Part shown: one piece after another, positions 28,959-38,234 of the stretch
Numbering within the stretch: the first letter of the stretch is position 1
Layout: each line of letters begins with the position of its first letter
Assembly (NCBI GenBank): GCA_040225955.1
Contig: JBECUL010000008.1
Span: 1 to 56,744 of the forward strand
Direction of reading: 5' to 3'
From: Candidatus Asgardarchaeum abyssi
GTDB lineage: Archaea > Asgardarchaeota > Asgardarchaeia > Asgardarchaeales > Asgardarchaeaceae
DNA length: 56,744 nt
Program-made: the position numbers and the translations under genes
The notes under the pieces: generated by a model
Seen by the model: only the letters and a program-made list of their open reading frames with translations
What the model was told of the DNA's origin: nothing
Database searches by the model: none

Positions 28959-29441
28959 TCAAAATAGTCTAAGTTTTGCGTACTCCTCTATCTTATTTTT
29001 AACTTTTTCACTTATAAGGCGGTATGCTCTTTGAGCTCGTGAACCTCTTCTTTCAAGGATACCGTCTTGCGAGTATAATCTTTGTAGGCACATGGAGACA
29101 GTACTTGCTTTAATCTCTTCATTAAACACTATCTTGTATTGCTCTTGGACATCCTTTGATGTGAACCAACCACGATGGAAGTTTCTGATGATCAAAATTT
29201 CGACTTTCTTTTTAATAGGCAGGCTATCTATATCAAATAATTGCTCCGCATCTATACTTTCCTGATAGCTTTCATCACTGGTAGAAAGTATTTTATTAAT
29301 GTATTTCTTTATTGTTTCAAGCAACTCCTCTGGTATCCAGCCACTAATTGTTATTTTAAAAGGTTTTCCAGTCTCTGGGTCTATTCCTTCAAACTTAAAG
29401 TTTGTTTTTCTAGCCAAGTGTTCAACCCTCGCAATATTCAC
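28959..29441 (-). CDS. Winged-helix protein, origin-linked
   Basis: GWFTSKDVQEQY..IKASTVSMCLQRL..GILERRG..RAYRL. Confidence 0.75.
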   Translation of the reverse strand: MNIARVEHLARKTNFKFEGIDPETGKPFKITISGWIPEELLETIKKYINKILSTSDESYQESIDAEQLFDIDSLPIKKKVEILIIRNFHRGWFTSKDVQEQYKIVFNEEIKASTVSMCLQRLYSQDGILERRGSRAQRAYRLISEKVKNKIEEYAKLRLF

Positions 29442-29657
29442 TCAATATAGAAATATTATGTTAACAAGTATATATGCGTATTTGTTATTCACAGAATATA
29501 AAAAGTTAACGACTTATTTCTGTCTTAGAAATCTTCTTACTATATATTTTCTCATTCTTATAAACCTACTTATTTTCGGTGAATATTGGAAAAAAATGCA
29601 TTAGAATCCTTTTTTTGGGAAAAATAGGAATTTCTCCAAAGTATTCATTAATTCACA

Positions 29658-29675
29658 TATTCACAATTGTGAATA
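29658..29675. promoter_or_regulatory. Perfect 18-bp palindrome, putative operator
   Basis: TATTCACAATTGTGAATA in the divergent intergenic region. Confidence 0.45.
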
Positions 29676-29710
29676 AAGAAAAATGGAAAAAGAGACGAGG
29701 TATTTACATA

Positions 29711-29732
29711 TTTCCACTGGAAATGATGGGGT
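29711..29732 (+). promoter_or_regulatory. ORB element
   Basis: TTTCCACTGGAAATGATGGGGT, 1 mismatch to the 28342 ORB. Confidence 0.85.
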
Positions 29733-29908
29733 TGCCTTATTAGATGAATAGTGGTATTATTTTGCCTATTTTTTCAGAAAAAGATGAGAAACAGACTTAT
29801 TTTTTCATATTTTTTCACAAAGATAGGCGCTTTTTGTTAAAAATGAAAATTGTGATAGCGCGTGTGTATTACATAAGTAGGTTCTCACCACAACTCTTAT
29901 AACCTTGA

Positions 29909-29922
29909 TTTCTACTGGAAAT
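29909..29922 (+). promoter_or_regulatory. Mini-ORB abutting the cdc6 RBS
   Basis: TTTCTACTGGAAAT followed by GGTGA. Confidence 0.65.
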
Positions 29923-29935
29923 TTTGGTGATTTTT

Positions 29936-31165
29936 ATGAACGATGATTCAGCAAAACCCTTAGACAAGATTTTCGAGCAGTTCCTTGCGAGCCCAAAAAT
30001 AATAAAAAATCGTGATGTTTTAAGACCGACTTATGTTCCTGAGCATTTGCCTCATAGGGACGAGCAAATAAAGAAAATTGCTATGATTCTCGCTGCTGCG
30101 CTTAAGGGGGGTACACCATCTAATCTATTACTTTATGGAAAGACTGGAACTGGAAAAACTGCGGTTGCTAAATACGTACTTAAGCATCTCAAGCAGAAAA
30201 GTGTTGAAACAGGGCTGGATCCTCCTTTAATATCTTATATAAACTGTGGTATCGTTGATACAAATTATCGCGTCTTAGCTCAATTGAACAAATCAATTGG
30301 AGTTGAGGTCCCATTTACTGGGCTTCCCACAGATGAAGTTTATCATAGATTTGTTGAAGCTTTAGATACAAATTCAAAATTGATGATTATAGTTTTAGAC
30401 GAAGTTGATATGTTGGTGAAAAAAAGTGGAGATTCGATACTTTATGATTTAACTAGGATAAATAGTAACTTAGAGAATGCACGTGTTAGCATAATTGGAA
30501 TTTCTAATGATCTAAAATTTAAGGAATATTTAGACCCTAGAGTTCTCAGCAGTTTAAGTGAAGAGGAAATAGTTTTTCCACCATATACCGCTAATGAGTT
30601 AAAAGACATATTAACAGAAAGAGCAAAGCTTGGAATATATGAGAATGCAATAGCCCCTGGTGTCATTAATTTATGTGCTGCTTATGCTGCAAGAGAACAT
30701 GGCGACGCGCGAAGGGCATTAGATTTATTGAGAGTGGCTGCTGAGCTTGCTGAGAGGGAAGGTGCAAGCCAAATAACCGAAAGACATGTAAAGGAAGCGA
30801 AAATTCAAATAGAGGCTGATGTTGTTACAGAAACGATTAAAGGCCTTCCTCTTCAATCCAAATTAGTTCTGTATGCCATTTACATTTCTCATGCGCGATC
30901 TACTACAGCTGTTATGACGGGGGATGTATATGCGATATATACAGAATTATGTAAGGAGCTACATATTGAACCATTAACCCAAAGAAGGATCAGTGATTTA
31001 ATAAATGAGCTAGATATGCTAGGCATTGTAAATGCTCGTGTAATTAGTAAAGGTCGCTATGGACGAAGTAAAAGAATAAAGTTAGCTGTTTCTAGGAAGC
31101 TAATTAGAAACCTTTTGGAAGACGATCCTCGTTTTCAAAAGATATCTAAGTTTTTATCCGATTAA
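29936..31165 (+). CDS. cdc6: Orc1/Cdc6 replication initiator
   Basis: LPHRDEQI, GKTGTGKT, LDEVD, GDARRALDLL, SKGRYG; likely start ATG 29936. Confidence 0.97.
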   Translation: MNDDSAKPLDKIFEQFLASPKIIKNRDVLRPTYVPEHLPHRDEQIKKIAMILAAALKGGTPSNLLLYGKTGTGKTAVAKYVLKHLKQKSVETGLDPPLISYINCGIVDTNYRVLAQLNKSIGVEVPFTGLPTDEVYHRFVEALDTNSKLMIIVLDEVDMLVKKSGDSILYDLTRINSNLENARVSIIGISNDLKFKEYLDPRVLSSLSEEEIVFPPYTANELKDILTERAKLGIYENAIAPGVINLCAAYAAREHGDARRALDLLRVAAELAEREGASQITERHVKEAKIQIEADVVTETIKGLPLQSKLVLYAIYISHARSTTAVMTGDVYAIYTELCKELHIEPLTQRRISDLINELDMLGIVNARVISKGRYGRSKRIKLAVSRKLIRNLLEDDPRFQKISKFLSD

Positions 31166-31189
31166 GATTTTTAATTAAGTGGTGAGAGT

Positions 31190-32065
31190 TTGTATCCTCC
31201 AAAAAGTAGATATATCTTAGATATAGCCATCCCTTCAACCTTTACTTCGCAGGTCAAACATGGAATTTTAAAAACTTACTTAATAGGGCAATTAGCACGT
31301 GCGGTTTCTATTTTTCGAGTAAGAAAAATTGTTATCTATTTAACAAAGAACACAAAATCCGAGAGGAAAAATCAGAGAATTATTGAGTTGATATTAAGAT
31401 ATCTAATAACACCGCAGTATCTTAGAAGGAAGGTTTTTCCGAAGATGGCTGTCCTTAAATATGTTGGGATATTACCTCCTTTGCAAACGCCAAATCATCC
31501 TACAATTACCAATATTGAGAAAATTTTTGATGAGTTTAGAGAGGGAATTATCGTAAAAGAGACTCAAGATTACTTATTTATTGATGTAGGTTTAGAGGAT
31601 CCTGTTATTGTTAGGAAACATAAAAGAAGAATTAAGAATAAAATTGTTGTAGTTCATTTAAAGAGGAAGGGTTCTGAACTTAAGGGGACAATTGTAAAGA
31701 GTGAAAAGGTACCTTATTATTTTAAGTATGACATTCTATCTTTTAAAGGAACTCTAAGAGAGCTCTTGCAAAAAAGTTATAAAGAATATGATTTAGTTAT
31801 AGGGACTTCAAGATTCGGCAATCCTTTAGAAGAGGTTGAAAATCAACTCTTTAAAGAGTTAAAAAAAAGGCGACGGATATTGATAGTATTTGGTGGACCA
31901 AAGGAGGGGCTTTTAGATATAGGAGCAACTAAGGAGGATTTTGATTACTTTATTAATACTATACCGGATCAAGGAGTAAGAACAATTCGTACAGAGGAGG
32001 CTGTTTTTGCCACTCTATCGATTTTTAACTATCTTATAGAAAGAAGTAATAACAAAAAAATGTGA
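31190..32065 (+). CDS. SPOUT RNA methyltransferase (DUF171/SPOUT1-like)
   Basis: ARAVSIFRV, TPQYLRR, FGGPKEG, NTIPDQG..TIRTEEA; usual neighbour of rpl3. Confidence 0.9.
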   Translation: MYPPKSRYILDIAIPSTFTSQVKHGILKTYLIGQLARAVSIFRVRKIVIYLTKNTKSERKNQRIIELILRYLITPQYLRRKVFPKMAVLKYVGILPPLQTPNHPTITNIEKIFDEFREGIIVKETQDYLFIDVGLEDPVIVRKHKRRIKNKIVVVHLKRKGSELKGTIVKSEKVPYYFKYDILSFKGTLRELLQKSYKEYDLVIGTSRFGNPLEEVENQLFKELKKRRRILIVFGGPKEGLLDIGATKEDFDYFINTIPDQGVRTIRTEEAVFATLSIFNYLIERSNNKKM

Positions 32066-32068
32066 GAA

Positions 32069-32212
32069 CTGCTTTGTTGAACAATTCAATGAATGGTTGC
32101 GTAATGTTATAATAATATCGCTGATAAATGTGTTATATGCGATATCATAATAACTTGCTCTAAATTCCGATTTCATAACTTCAATATAACATTGTTTTGG
32201 TCAACAAAGCAG
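32069..32212. mobile_element. 144-bp MITE copy 1
   Basis: TIR CTGCTTTGTTGA/TCAACAAAGCAG; 6-bp TSD TGAGAA. Confidence 0.9.
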
Positions 32213-32340
32213 TGAGAACAAAAGATTTATATTTATCACAGTATTGAGACTCTTTGATTAATACATTAAAAACTTATAGAGAAAGTCTATAGTAAATGCT
32301 CTAATATCACCATCCATGGTAATAAGGAGGAATATGTTTA

Positions 32341-33381
32341 ATGGGCCACAGAAAATTTAGTGCGCCAAAACATGGGTCTTTAGCATTTCTACCAAGAGGT
32401 AGAGCTAGAAGGATTATCGCAAGAATCAGACACTGGCCAGAATATACTGGTAAGGAGCCAAAACTTCTTGGCTTTGCTGGCTACAAAGCAGGAACGACGC
32501 ACGTAATATATATTGAGAATAAAAAGACAAGTCCCCAGTATGGTCAGGAGGTTACTAAGGTTGTAACGGTTATAGAAGCACCTCCTATGTTTGTAATAGG
32601 TATTAGAGGTTATTCTAAAGATATTAATGGTTATCGATTAATTACTGAAGTTCTGGCGGATCCAAGCAACTATCCTAAAGAGTTAAAACTAGATAGGGTT
32701 CTGACACTACCTAAAAAGGAGAACTATAATTTTGAAGAAAAAATGGCAAAATTTGAAGAAAATGTTGAAAAATTCACACAAATAAGATTACTGCTCGCGA
32801 CACAACCAACAATCGCAGGGATTCATAAGAAAAAACCTGAGATGTTAGAATACCCTATAGGTGCCGCGTCCATTGAATCTGCATTGGAATATGCAAAATC
32901 TAAAATAGGTAAAACAATAGTCGTAAATGAAGTTTTTTCACCAGGACAGTTTGTGGACGTTATTGCTATCACTAAAGGACATGGTTTTCAAGGGCCTGTG
33001 AAAAGATGGGGTATTAGAATACTTCAGCATAAATCACGAAAAACAAAGCGAGGTGTTGGTTCAATAGGACCTTGGCATCCTGCAAGAGTAATGTACACTG
33101 TTCCTAGAGCTGGCCAAATGGGATTTCATCAACGAACTGAATATAACAAAATAATTCTTAAAATTGGTAGTAGTGGTGAGGAGATAACCCCAAAAGGTGG
33201 ATTTCCTCACTATGGAGTTGTTAAATCTAACTATATACTTCTCCTTGGAACGGTTCCTGGACCTGTTAAAAGATTGATTCGTTTGAGAGATGCAATAAGA
33301 CCACCAAAATCAAAATATGAATTGCCAGAAAGTCGTGGTGAATATCAAATAACTTATATTAGCTTAGAATCGAAGCAGTAG
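32341..33381 (+). CDS. rpl3: 50S ribosomal protein uL3
   Basis: PKHGSLAFLPR, GYKAG, KGHGFQGPVKRWG. Confidence 0.98.
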   Translation: MGHRKFSAPKHGSLAFLPRGRARRIIARIRHWPEYTGKEPKLLGFAGYKAGTTHVIYIENKKTSPQYGQEVTKVVTVIEAPPMFVIGIRGYSKDINGYRLITEVLADPSNYPKELKLDRVLTLPKKENYNFEEKMAKFEENVEKFTQIRLLLATQPTIAGIHKKKPEMLEYPIGAASIESALEYAKSKIGKTIVVNEVFSPGQFVDVIAITKGHGFQGPVKRWGIRILQHKSRKTKRGVGSIGPWHPARVMYTVPRAGQMGFHQRTEYNKIILKIGSSGEEITPKGGFPHYGVVKSNYILLLGTVPGPVKRLIRLRDAIRPPKSKYELPESRGEYQITYISLESKQ

Positions 33382-33391
33382 GTGAGGCTAA

Positions 33392-34177
33392 ATGAAGGTT
33401 AACGTTTATAACTTAGATGGTGAGCCAGAAGGAGAGATTGAGCTTCCAAGTGTATTTAATGTACCTTACAGGCCAGATATAATAAGACGCGCCTTTATAG
33501 CAATATCATCCTTAGGATACCAACCACAAGGTAGAGACCCTATGGCTGGAAAGAGGACAAGTGCAGAGTCTTGGGGTACAGGTCATGGAGTTGCAAGAGT
33601 TCCTCGTATCAAGGGATCTAGACATCCAGCGAGTGGAAAAGGTGCTTTTGCTCCTATGACTGTTGGTGGAAGACGAGCACATCCACCTAAAGTCGAGAAA
33701 AATATAGTTAAATTAATAAATAAAAAAGAAAAAACACTTGCTTTAAAATCAGCAATAGCATCCACTGCTAACATAGATCTTGTGAAAAAACGAGGACATA
33801 TATTTGATGAATCAAAAAAACTTCCTTTAGTTGCAGTTTCTGAGTTGGAAAAAATAAATAGTGCTAAGGAAATAAAAGAAGTTTTTAAGAAAATTGACGT
33901 TTGGGCTGATATAGAGCGAGTTAAAAACAGAAAAAGAGTCCGTTCTGGGAAAGGCAAAATGAGAGGAAGAAAATACAAAAGAGCTGTAGGTCCATTAATA
34001 GTAATAAGTGAAGATAAAGGAATCGCTAAGGCTGCTAGAAACTTTCCTGGGGTTGATATAGTTAAAGTTAAAAACCTTAGTGTAAAGCATCTAGCACCGG
34101 GTGGTGTTGCAGGACGTTTAACTATTTGGACTCAGAGCGCAATAGATATGTTAAAAAACAGATTTGATGAGGGATAA
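33392..34177 (+). CDS. rpl4: 50S ribosomal protein uL4
   Basis: AESWGTGHGVARVPR, GKGKMRGR, LAPGG. Confidence 0.98.
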   Translation: MKVNVYNLDGEPEGEIELPSVFNVPYRPDIIRRAFIAISSLGYQPQGRDPMAGKRTSAESWGTGHGVARVPRIKGSRHPASGKGAFAPMTVGGRRAHPPKVEKNIVKLINKKEKTLALKSAIASTANIDLVKKRGHIFDESKKLPLVAVSELEKINSAKEIKEVFKKIDVWADIERVKNRKRVRSGKGKMRGRKYKRAVGPLIVISEDKGIAKAARNFPGVDIVKVKNLSVKHLAPGGVAGRLTIWTQSAIDMLKNRFDEG

Positions 34178-34179
34178 AA

Positions 34180-34446
34180 ATGTCATTTGACCCATATAAA
34201 ATAATTATAACCCCCATGTCATCTGAAGCAGCGTTTAATCTAATGGAAGAAAAAAATACTCTTGTATTTATAGTAGATAGAAGAGCCAATAAAATATCTA
34301 TAAAGAAAGCTGTTGAAACTCTTTTCAATGTAAAAGTTATTAAAGTTAATACATTAATAACACCTCAAGGAAAAAAGAAAGCTTTTGTACGATTATCACC
34401 TGAGTATAATGCAATAGATGTTGCAACAAAAATGGGTATATTCTAG
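34180..34446 (+). CDS. rpl23: 50S ribosomal protein uL23
   Basis: NTLVFIVD, KVNTL, KKAFVRL. Confidence 0.97.
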   Translation: MSFDPYKIIITPMSSEAAFNLMEEKNTLVFIVDRRANKISIKKAVETLFNVKVIKVNTLITPQGKKKAFVRLSPEYNAIDVATKMGIF

Positions 34447-34462
34447 TTATGAGGTGAATTGA

Positions 34463-35182
34463 ATGGGTAAACGATTAATAGTTCGGAGAAGAGGGCGAGG
34501 AAGTTCTACATTTCGATGTCCCTCTCATAAAAGAATTGGTGATGTCAAATATCCTAAATATTCTGAAGTTGAAAGAACAGATGTTTTATTAGGGAAAGTA
34601 GTGGATATTCTCCATGATCCTGGTAGGGGAGCTCCTGTTGCTAAGATAAACATTAATGGAGGCACATTTTTAAACGTAGCTGCTGAGGGAGTATATGTAG
34701 GTCAGACAATATTTATTGGTGCACAAGCTCCTATATCAGTAGGAAACATTTTACCTCTTGGCAAAATACCTGAGGGCACTCAAGTTTTTAATATAGAAGG
34801 GAATCCTGGTGACGGTGGAAAATACGTTAGAAGTTCTGGTGATTATGCAGTTGTTGTAACTCACTCTGGAAATTATGTTATAGTCCAGCTACCATCTGGT
34901 CAGCAAAAATCATTTTTAAAGGAGTGTCGCGCTACAATAGGCGTTGTTGGCGGTGGAGGTAGAATAGAAAAACCATTTGTTAAGGCCGGAACAAAATATC
35001 ATCTAGTCAGAGTTAAAGCATGGAAATGGCCTAAAGTGCGAGGAGTTGCCATGAATGCAGTATCTCACCCTCATGGTGGTGGAAGCCATCATACTCCGGG
35101 TAAACCTACAACAGTTCCCAGAACAGCTCCACCAGGACAAAAGGTAGGATTAATAGCAGCTAGACGTACAGGACGACGATAA
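34463..35182 (+). CDS. rpl2: 50S ribosomal protein uL2
   Basis: [30 protein letters not shown]. Confidence 0.98.
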   Translation: MGKRLIVRRRGRGSSTFRCPSHKRIGDVKYPKYSEVERTDVLLGKVVDILHDPGRGAPVAKININGGTFLNVAAEGVYVGQTIFIGAQAPISVGNILPLGKIPEGTQVFNIEGNPGDGGKYVRSSGDYAVVVTHSGNYVIVQLPSGQQKSFLKECRATIGVVGGGGRIEKPFVKAGTKYHLVRVKAWKWPKVRGVAMNAVSHPHGGGSHHTPGKPTTVPRTAPPGQKVGLIAARRTGRR

Positions 35183-35201
35183 AAAATAAATTTATTTTTT
35201 G

Positions 35202-35441
35202 TCATCCATTAATTCTCTCCATTAATCCTTTTTCTATGTTATCTAATTGATTATAAATAGTATTAATTATATTTTGAGACCATCCCATTATATCTAAAAT
35301 CATTGTAAGAAGTAATGTTACTGTTAGTAAAGCAACTCCTATAAGCAAAGCTTCTTCCATTAAAGGAGAACCTTTGCAATCTTCTATATACTCTTTTATA
35401 TTCTTTTTAATATATTCAAAAAATTTTCTCAATTTTTCCAT
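35202..35441 (-). CDS. Putative Flp-like (class III signal peptide) prepilin
   Basis: Charged leader, KG|SPLMEE with Glu at +5, hydrophobic helix, ~55-aa mature chain. Confidence 0.65.
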   Translation of the reverse strand: MEKLRKFFEYIKKNIKEYIEDCKGSPLMEEALLIGVALLTVTLLLTMILDIMGWSQNIINTIYNQLDNIEKGLMERING

Positions 35442-35675
35442 AGATTACACTTCCTACATTTAATTATAGTGCTTCTAGCAATGCTATAATTATTTGTTTG
35501 TAAAAGTTTAAAAAGAACTAAAAAACAGAATAATACTTTCACTTAACACTCTTCATTTGAACATATTATTCAATTGTATACTTACACCCACTAGAATATA
35601 TTTGAAAGTACTTTTTTTATTACAACTACTTTATAAAAAATCTAATGATTAAAGTCTTATTTTTACTATAATGAT

Positions 35676-36719
35676 GTGGTTAGGATGGAAAGTAAATATA
35701 ATAAAAAACACTCATTCGGAGAAGGTATTCTAAAATGTCCTGAATGTGAAGGAGATATAATTTATCATAATGGAGAATTTAAATGTACTAATTGTGGCTT
35801 AGTATTGGAAGATGAATACATAGAAAAAAGCTACCAATTGTCATCGATCGAAAGATTATCATTTAATGAAATAACGTTAAGAGAGTTCAGCAGAGATCGT
35901 GTCCTAGGAAGTATGATAAACTTTTATGATATTGTAAACTCTTTTAGTAAAAAATCCTCAACTAAGGTAAAGGATCAAAGTTTAAATAAGATGATAAGAA
36001 TTTTCAAAAAAGCGAGACAATATAATTTATGGGGATTCGAATACTCTTCCACTCAAATAAAAACTTATAGATTCTTAAAAAAACTCTGCCTAACTTTAGG
36101 TATACCCGAAAGTATTCAAAGAGAGACTTTATATCTATATCAGAAAGTAATTAGTGAAGTTAGAAAGACAAATAGACATATATTTAAAAATCATTTGAAA
36201 TTAATCGCTGCACTATTACTTATTGTTATAAGAAATAAACATAATATGTTTCCAATATCTCTAGACCTTTTAGTAAGCACATTAAAACAACTTGGTTATT
36301 CTATTGAAAAAAGGATGATATTAAGTGAGGTATCTAAATTAATACAACTTTATGGCTTTAAATTAAAGACTCCAAGCATTGAAGTGTACTTTGAAACTAA
36401 TATACGGAGACTCAGAAATGATGATAACTTTAAAAGAATGCTTTGTGAGAAAGATTTAGATATAGATCTATTTCTGGCTGAGGCTCATGATATCGGAAGA
36501 AAAATACTTCTGAATTTAAAAAGAAGTGATATAGGTGGTCGAAATCCTTACCTAATAGCCGCTGCAGTTACTTATGCTAGTTTAAAGATTACTGCACGAA
36601 AAAGAAATATACCATCTATAATTACTCAATCTCTATTAAGTAAAATCATTAACGTACCATCCTACAGTATTCGAGATCATTATCTATTTTTAAAAAAAGT
36701 ACTGCCATTATCCTACTAG
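35676..36719 (+). CDS. Divergent TFB/TFIIB paralogue
   Basis: CPEC..CTNCGLV zinc ribbon; GRNPYLIAAA..Y and TQ..LS cyclin-fold C-terminus. Confidence 0.8.
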   Translation: MVRMESKYNKKHSFGEGILKCPECEGDIIYHNGEFKCTNCGLVLEDEYIEKSYQLSSIERLSFNEITLREFSRDRVLGSMINFYDIVNSFSKKSSTKVKDQSLNKMIRIFKKARQYNLWGFEYSSTQIKTYRFLKKLCLTLGIPESIQRETLYLYQKVISEVRKTNRHIFKNHLKLIAALLLIVIRNKHNMFPISLDLLVSTLKQLGYSIEKRMILSEVSKLIQLYGFKLKTPSIEVYFETNIRRLRNDDNFKRMLCEKDLDIDLFLAEAHDIGRKILLNLKRSDIGGRNPYLIAAAVTYASLKITARKRNIPSIITQSLLSKIINVPSYSIRDHYLFLKKVLPLSY

Positions 36720-36734
36720 GAGGGGATTAGCAAA

Positions 36735-38234
36735 ATGGACGTTAAGAATATATTATTAGATAAATATACTGTTTATCCGTATGAGATAAAAATCATAGAG
36801 GCTGATAATAAAATCTATTATTACCCAAAACTGCTTATAAAGGAAGATCTTGAACTAAAATTTCTTATAGGATATATTGTAAGGGATATTGTTGCTAGTT
36901 TCATAAAGAAAAATGATTTATTAGAAGAAATTGAATGTTTATCCCTTAGGAAAATAATGAATATTGTAGAAAACGTATATGACTCGATAGTTAATGAATT
37001 ACGTATGAAGAAGAGTAATATTTTCTCAAATGAAATTATAGAAAAAATTAAACCATATACCTTGTTAAAAGTTCTAAAGCTTTCTTTCCTTTCAGTCTTT
37101 TTACTTGATGAGCTAATAATGGAAATATACATTGATGAGGACCCTGGAATACTATATATAGATCATGAGAACTGGGGTCGTTGTGAATTCCCTTTTAAAA
37201 TTAATAGAAAAAAAATCGAAAGGATAAAGCACTTGGTTGAAGTAGAGAGTGGTGAGTTACTAACCGAAGATAATCCAAGCTTGAAAATAGATTTAAGTAC
37301 AAAATTTTTTAAGGTCAGGATTACTATTGATGGATACCCTTTATCAAACAATGGAATTCATATAGATATAAGAAAATTCAAGAATAGCCCTATTACAATT
37401 TTTGACCTAATAAGAGTAGGAACAATCTCAGCTGAAATAGCAGCATTTTTAATAATAGCAGTTCTTCATAGAATTAATATAGTTATTGTTGGAAGGGTTG
37501 GAACTGGGAAGACCACTTTAGCTAATGCATTAGATATGTTAACACCAGCTACTTGGAGAAAAATATATCTAGAACAAATAAATGAAAGTTTAGATCTAAC
37601 ACATCTGGGTCATAAGCAAGTGAAATATAAGATAGGTAAACAATTTTCTTACTTCATAGAATCCGTGAATTTACTTCATAAAAACCCTGATTATATTTTC
37701 TTTGGAGAAATATTAACAAAAGATCAATCAGAATCCTTATTTCATGCCTTACTCGCTGGCTTAACAGGAATTGAAACTTTTCATGCTGATTCCGCTGAGG
37801 ATGCTATTAGGCGATGGATTTTCTACCATGGAATACCAGTTGAAGTAGTAGCAAAAGCTGGAATTATAATCAATATGATTAAAATACGTGACATATTGGG
37901 GCGTGTTAAATTCAGAGTAAAAGAGATAACAGAAGTTAGATACTGTCCAAATAGCAGGAATATTGAATTAAAAACCCTTTTTAGCTGGGATTCAAAAAAT
38001 GATAAATATATATTGAATTTTAGTTCATTAGAAGAGATAGAAACCATAAAAAGAAACACTATAAGAGCCCATAAGAATATTGATCATTTGTATATGAAAG
38101 TTCTAAATCTTATAAATAACCATTTGAGGGATGAACATTATGAAATTTCTAATTTTCTTAGTAACTTAATAGAATTATTCAAAAGTAGAGATGAAAATTA
38201 TGTTATTAAGAAAAATGTTCAACAAACTATTTGA
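36735..38234 (+). CDS. TadA/CpaF/VirB11-family secretion ATPase
   Basis: IDIRKF, Walker A GRVGTGKTT, NPDYIFFGEI, TFHA, RVKEITEV. Confidence 0.88.
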   Translation: MDVKNILLDKYTVYPYEIKIIEADNKIYYYPKLLIKEDLELKFLIGYIVRDIVASFIKKNDLLEEIECLSLRKIMNIVENVYDSIVNELRMKKSNIFSNEIIEKIKPYTLLKVLKLSFLSVFLLDELIMEIYIDEDPGILYIDHENWGRCEFPFKINRKKIERIKHLVEVESGELLTEDNPSLKIDLSTKFFKVRITIDGYPLSNNGIHIDIRKFKNSPITIFDLIRVGTISAEIAAFLIIAVLHRINIVIVGRVGTGKTTLANALDMLTPATWRKIYLEQINESLDLTHLGHKQVKYKIGKQFSYFIESVNLLHKNPDYIFFGEILTKDQSESLFHALLAGLTGIETFHADSAEDAIRRWIFYHGIPVEVVAKAGIIINMIKIRDILGRVKFRVKEITEVRYCPNSRNIELKTLFSWDSKNDKYILNFSSLEEIETIKRNTIRAHKNIDHLYMKVLNLINNHLRDEHYEISNFLSNLIELFKSRDENYVIKKNVQQTI

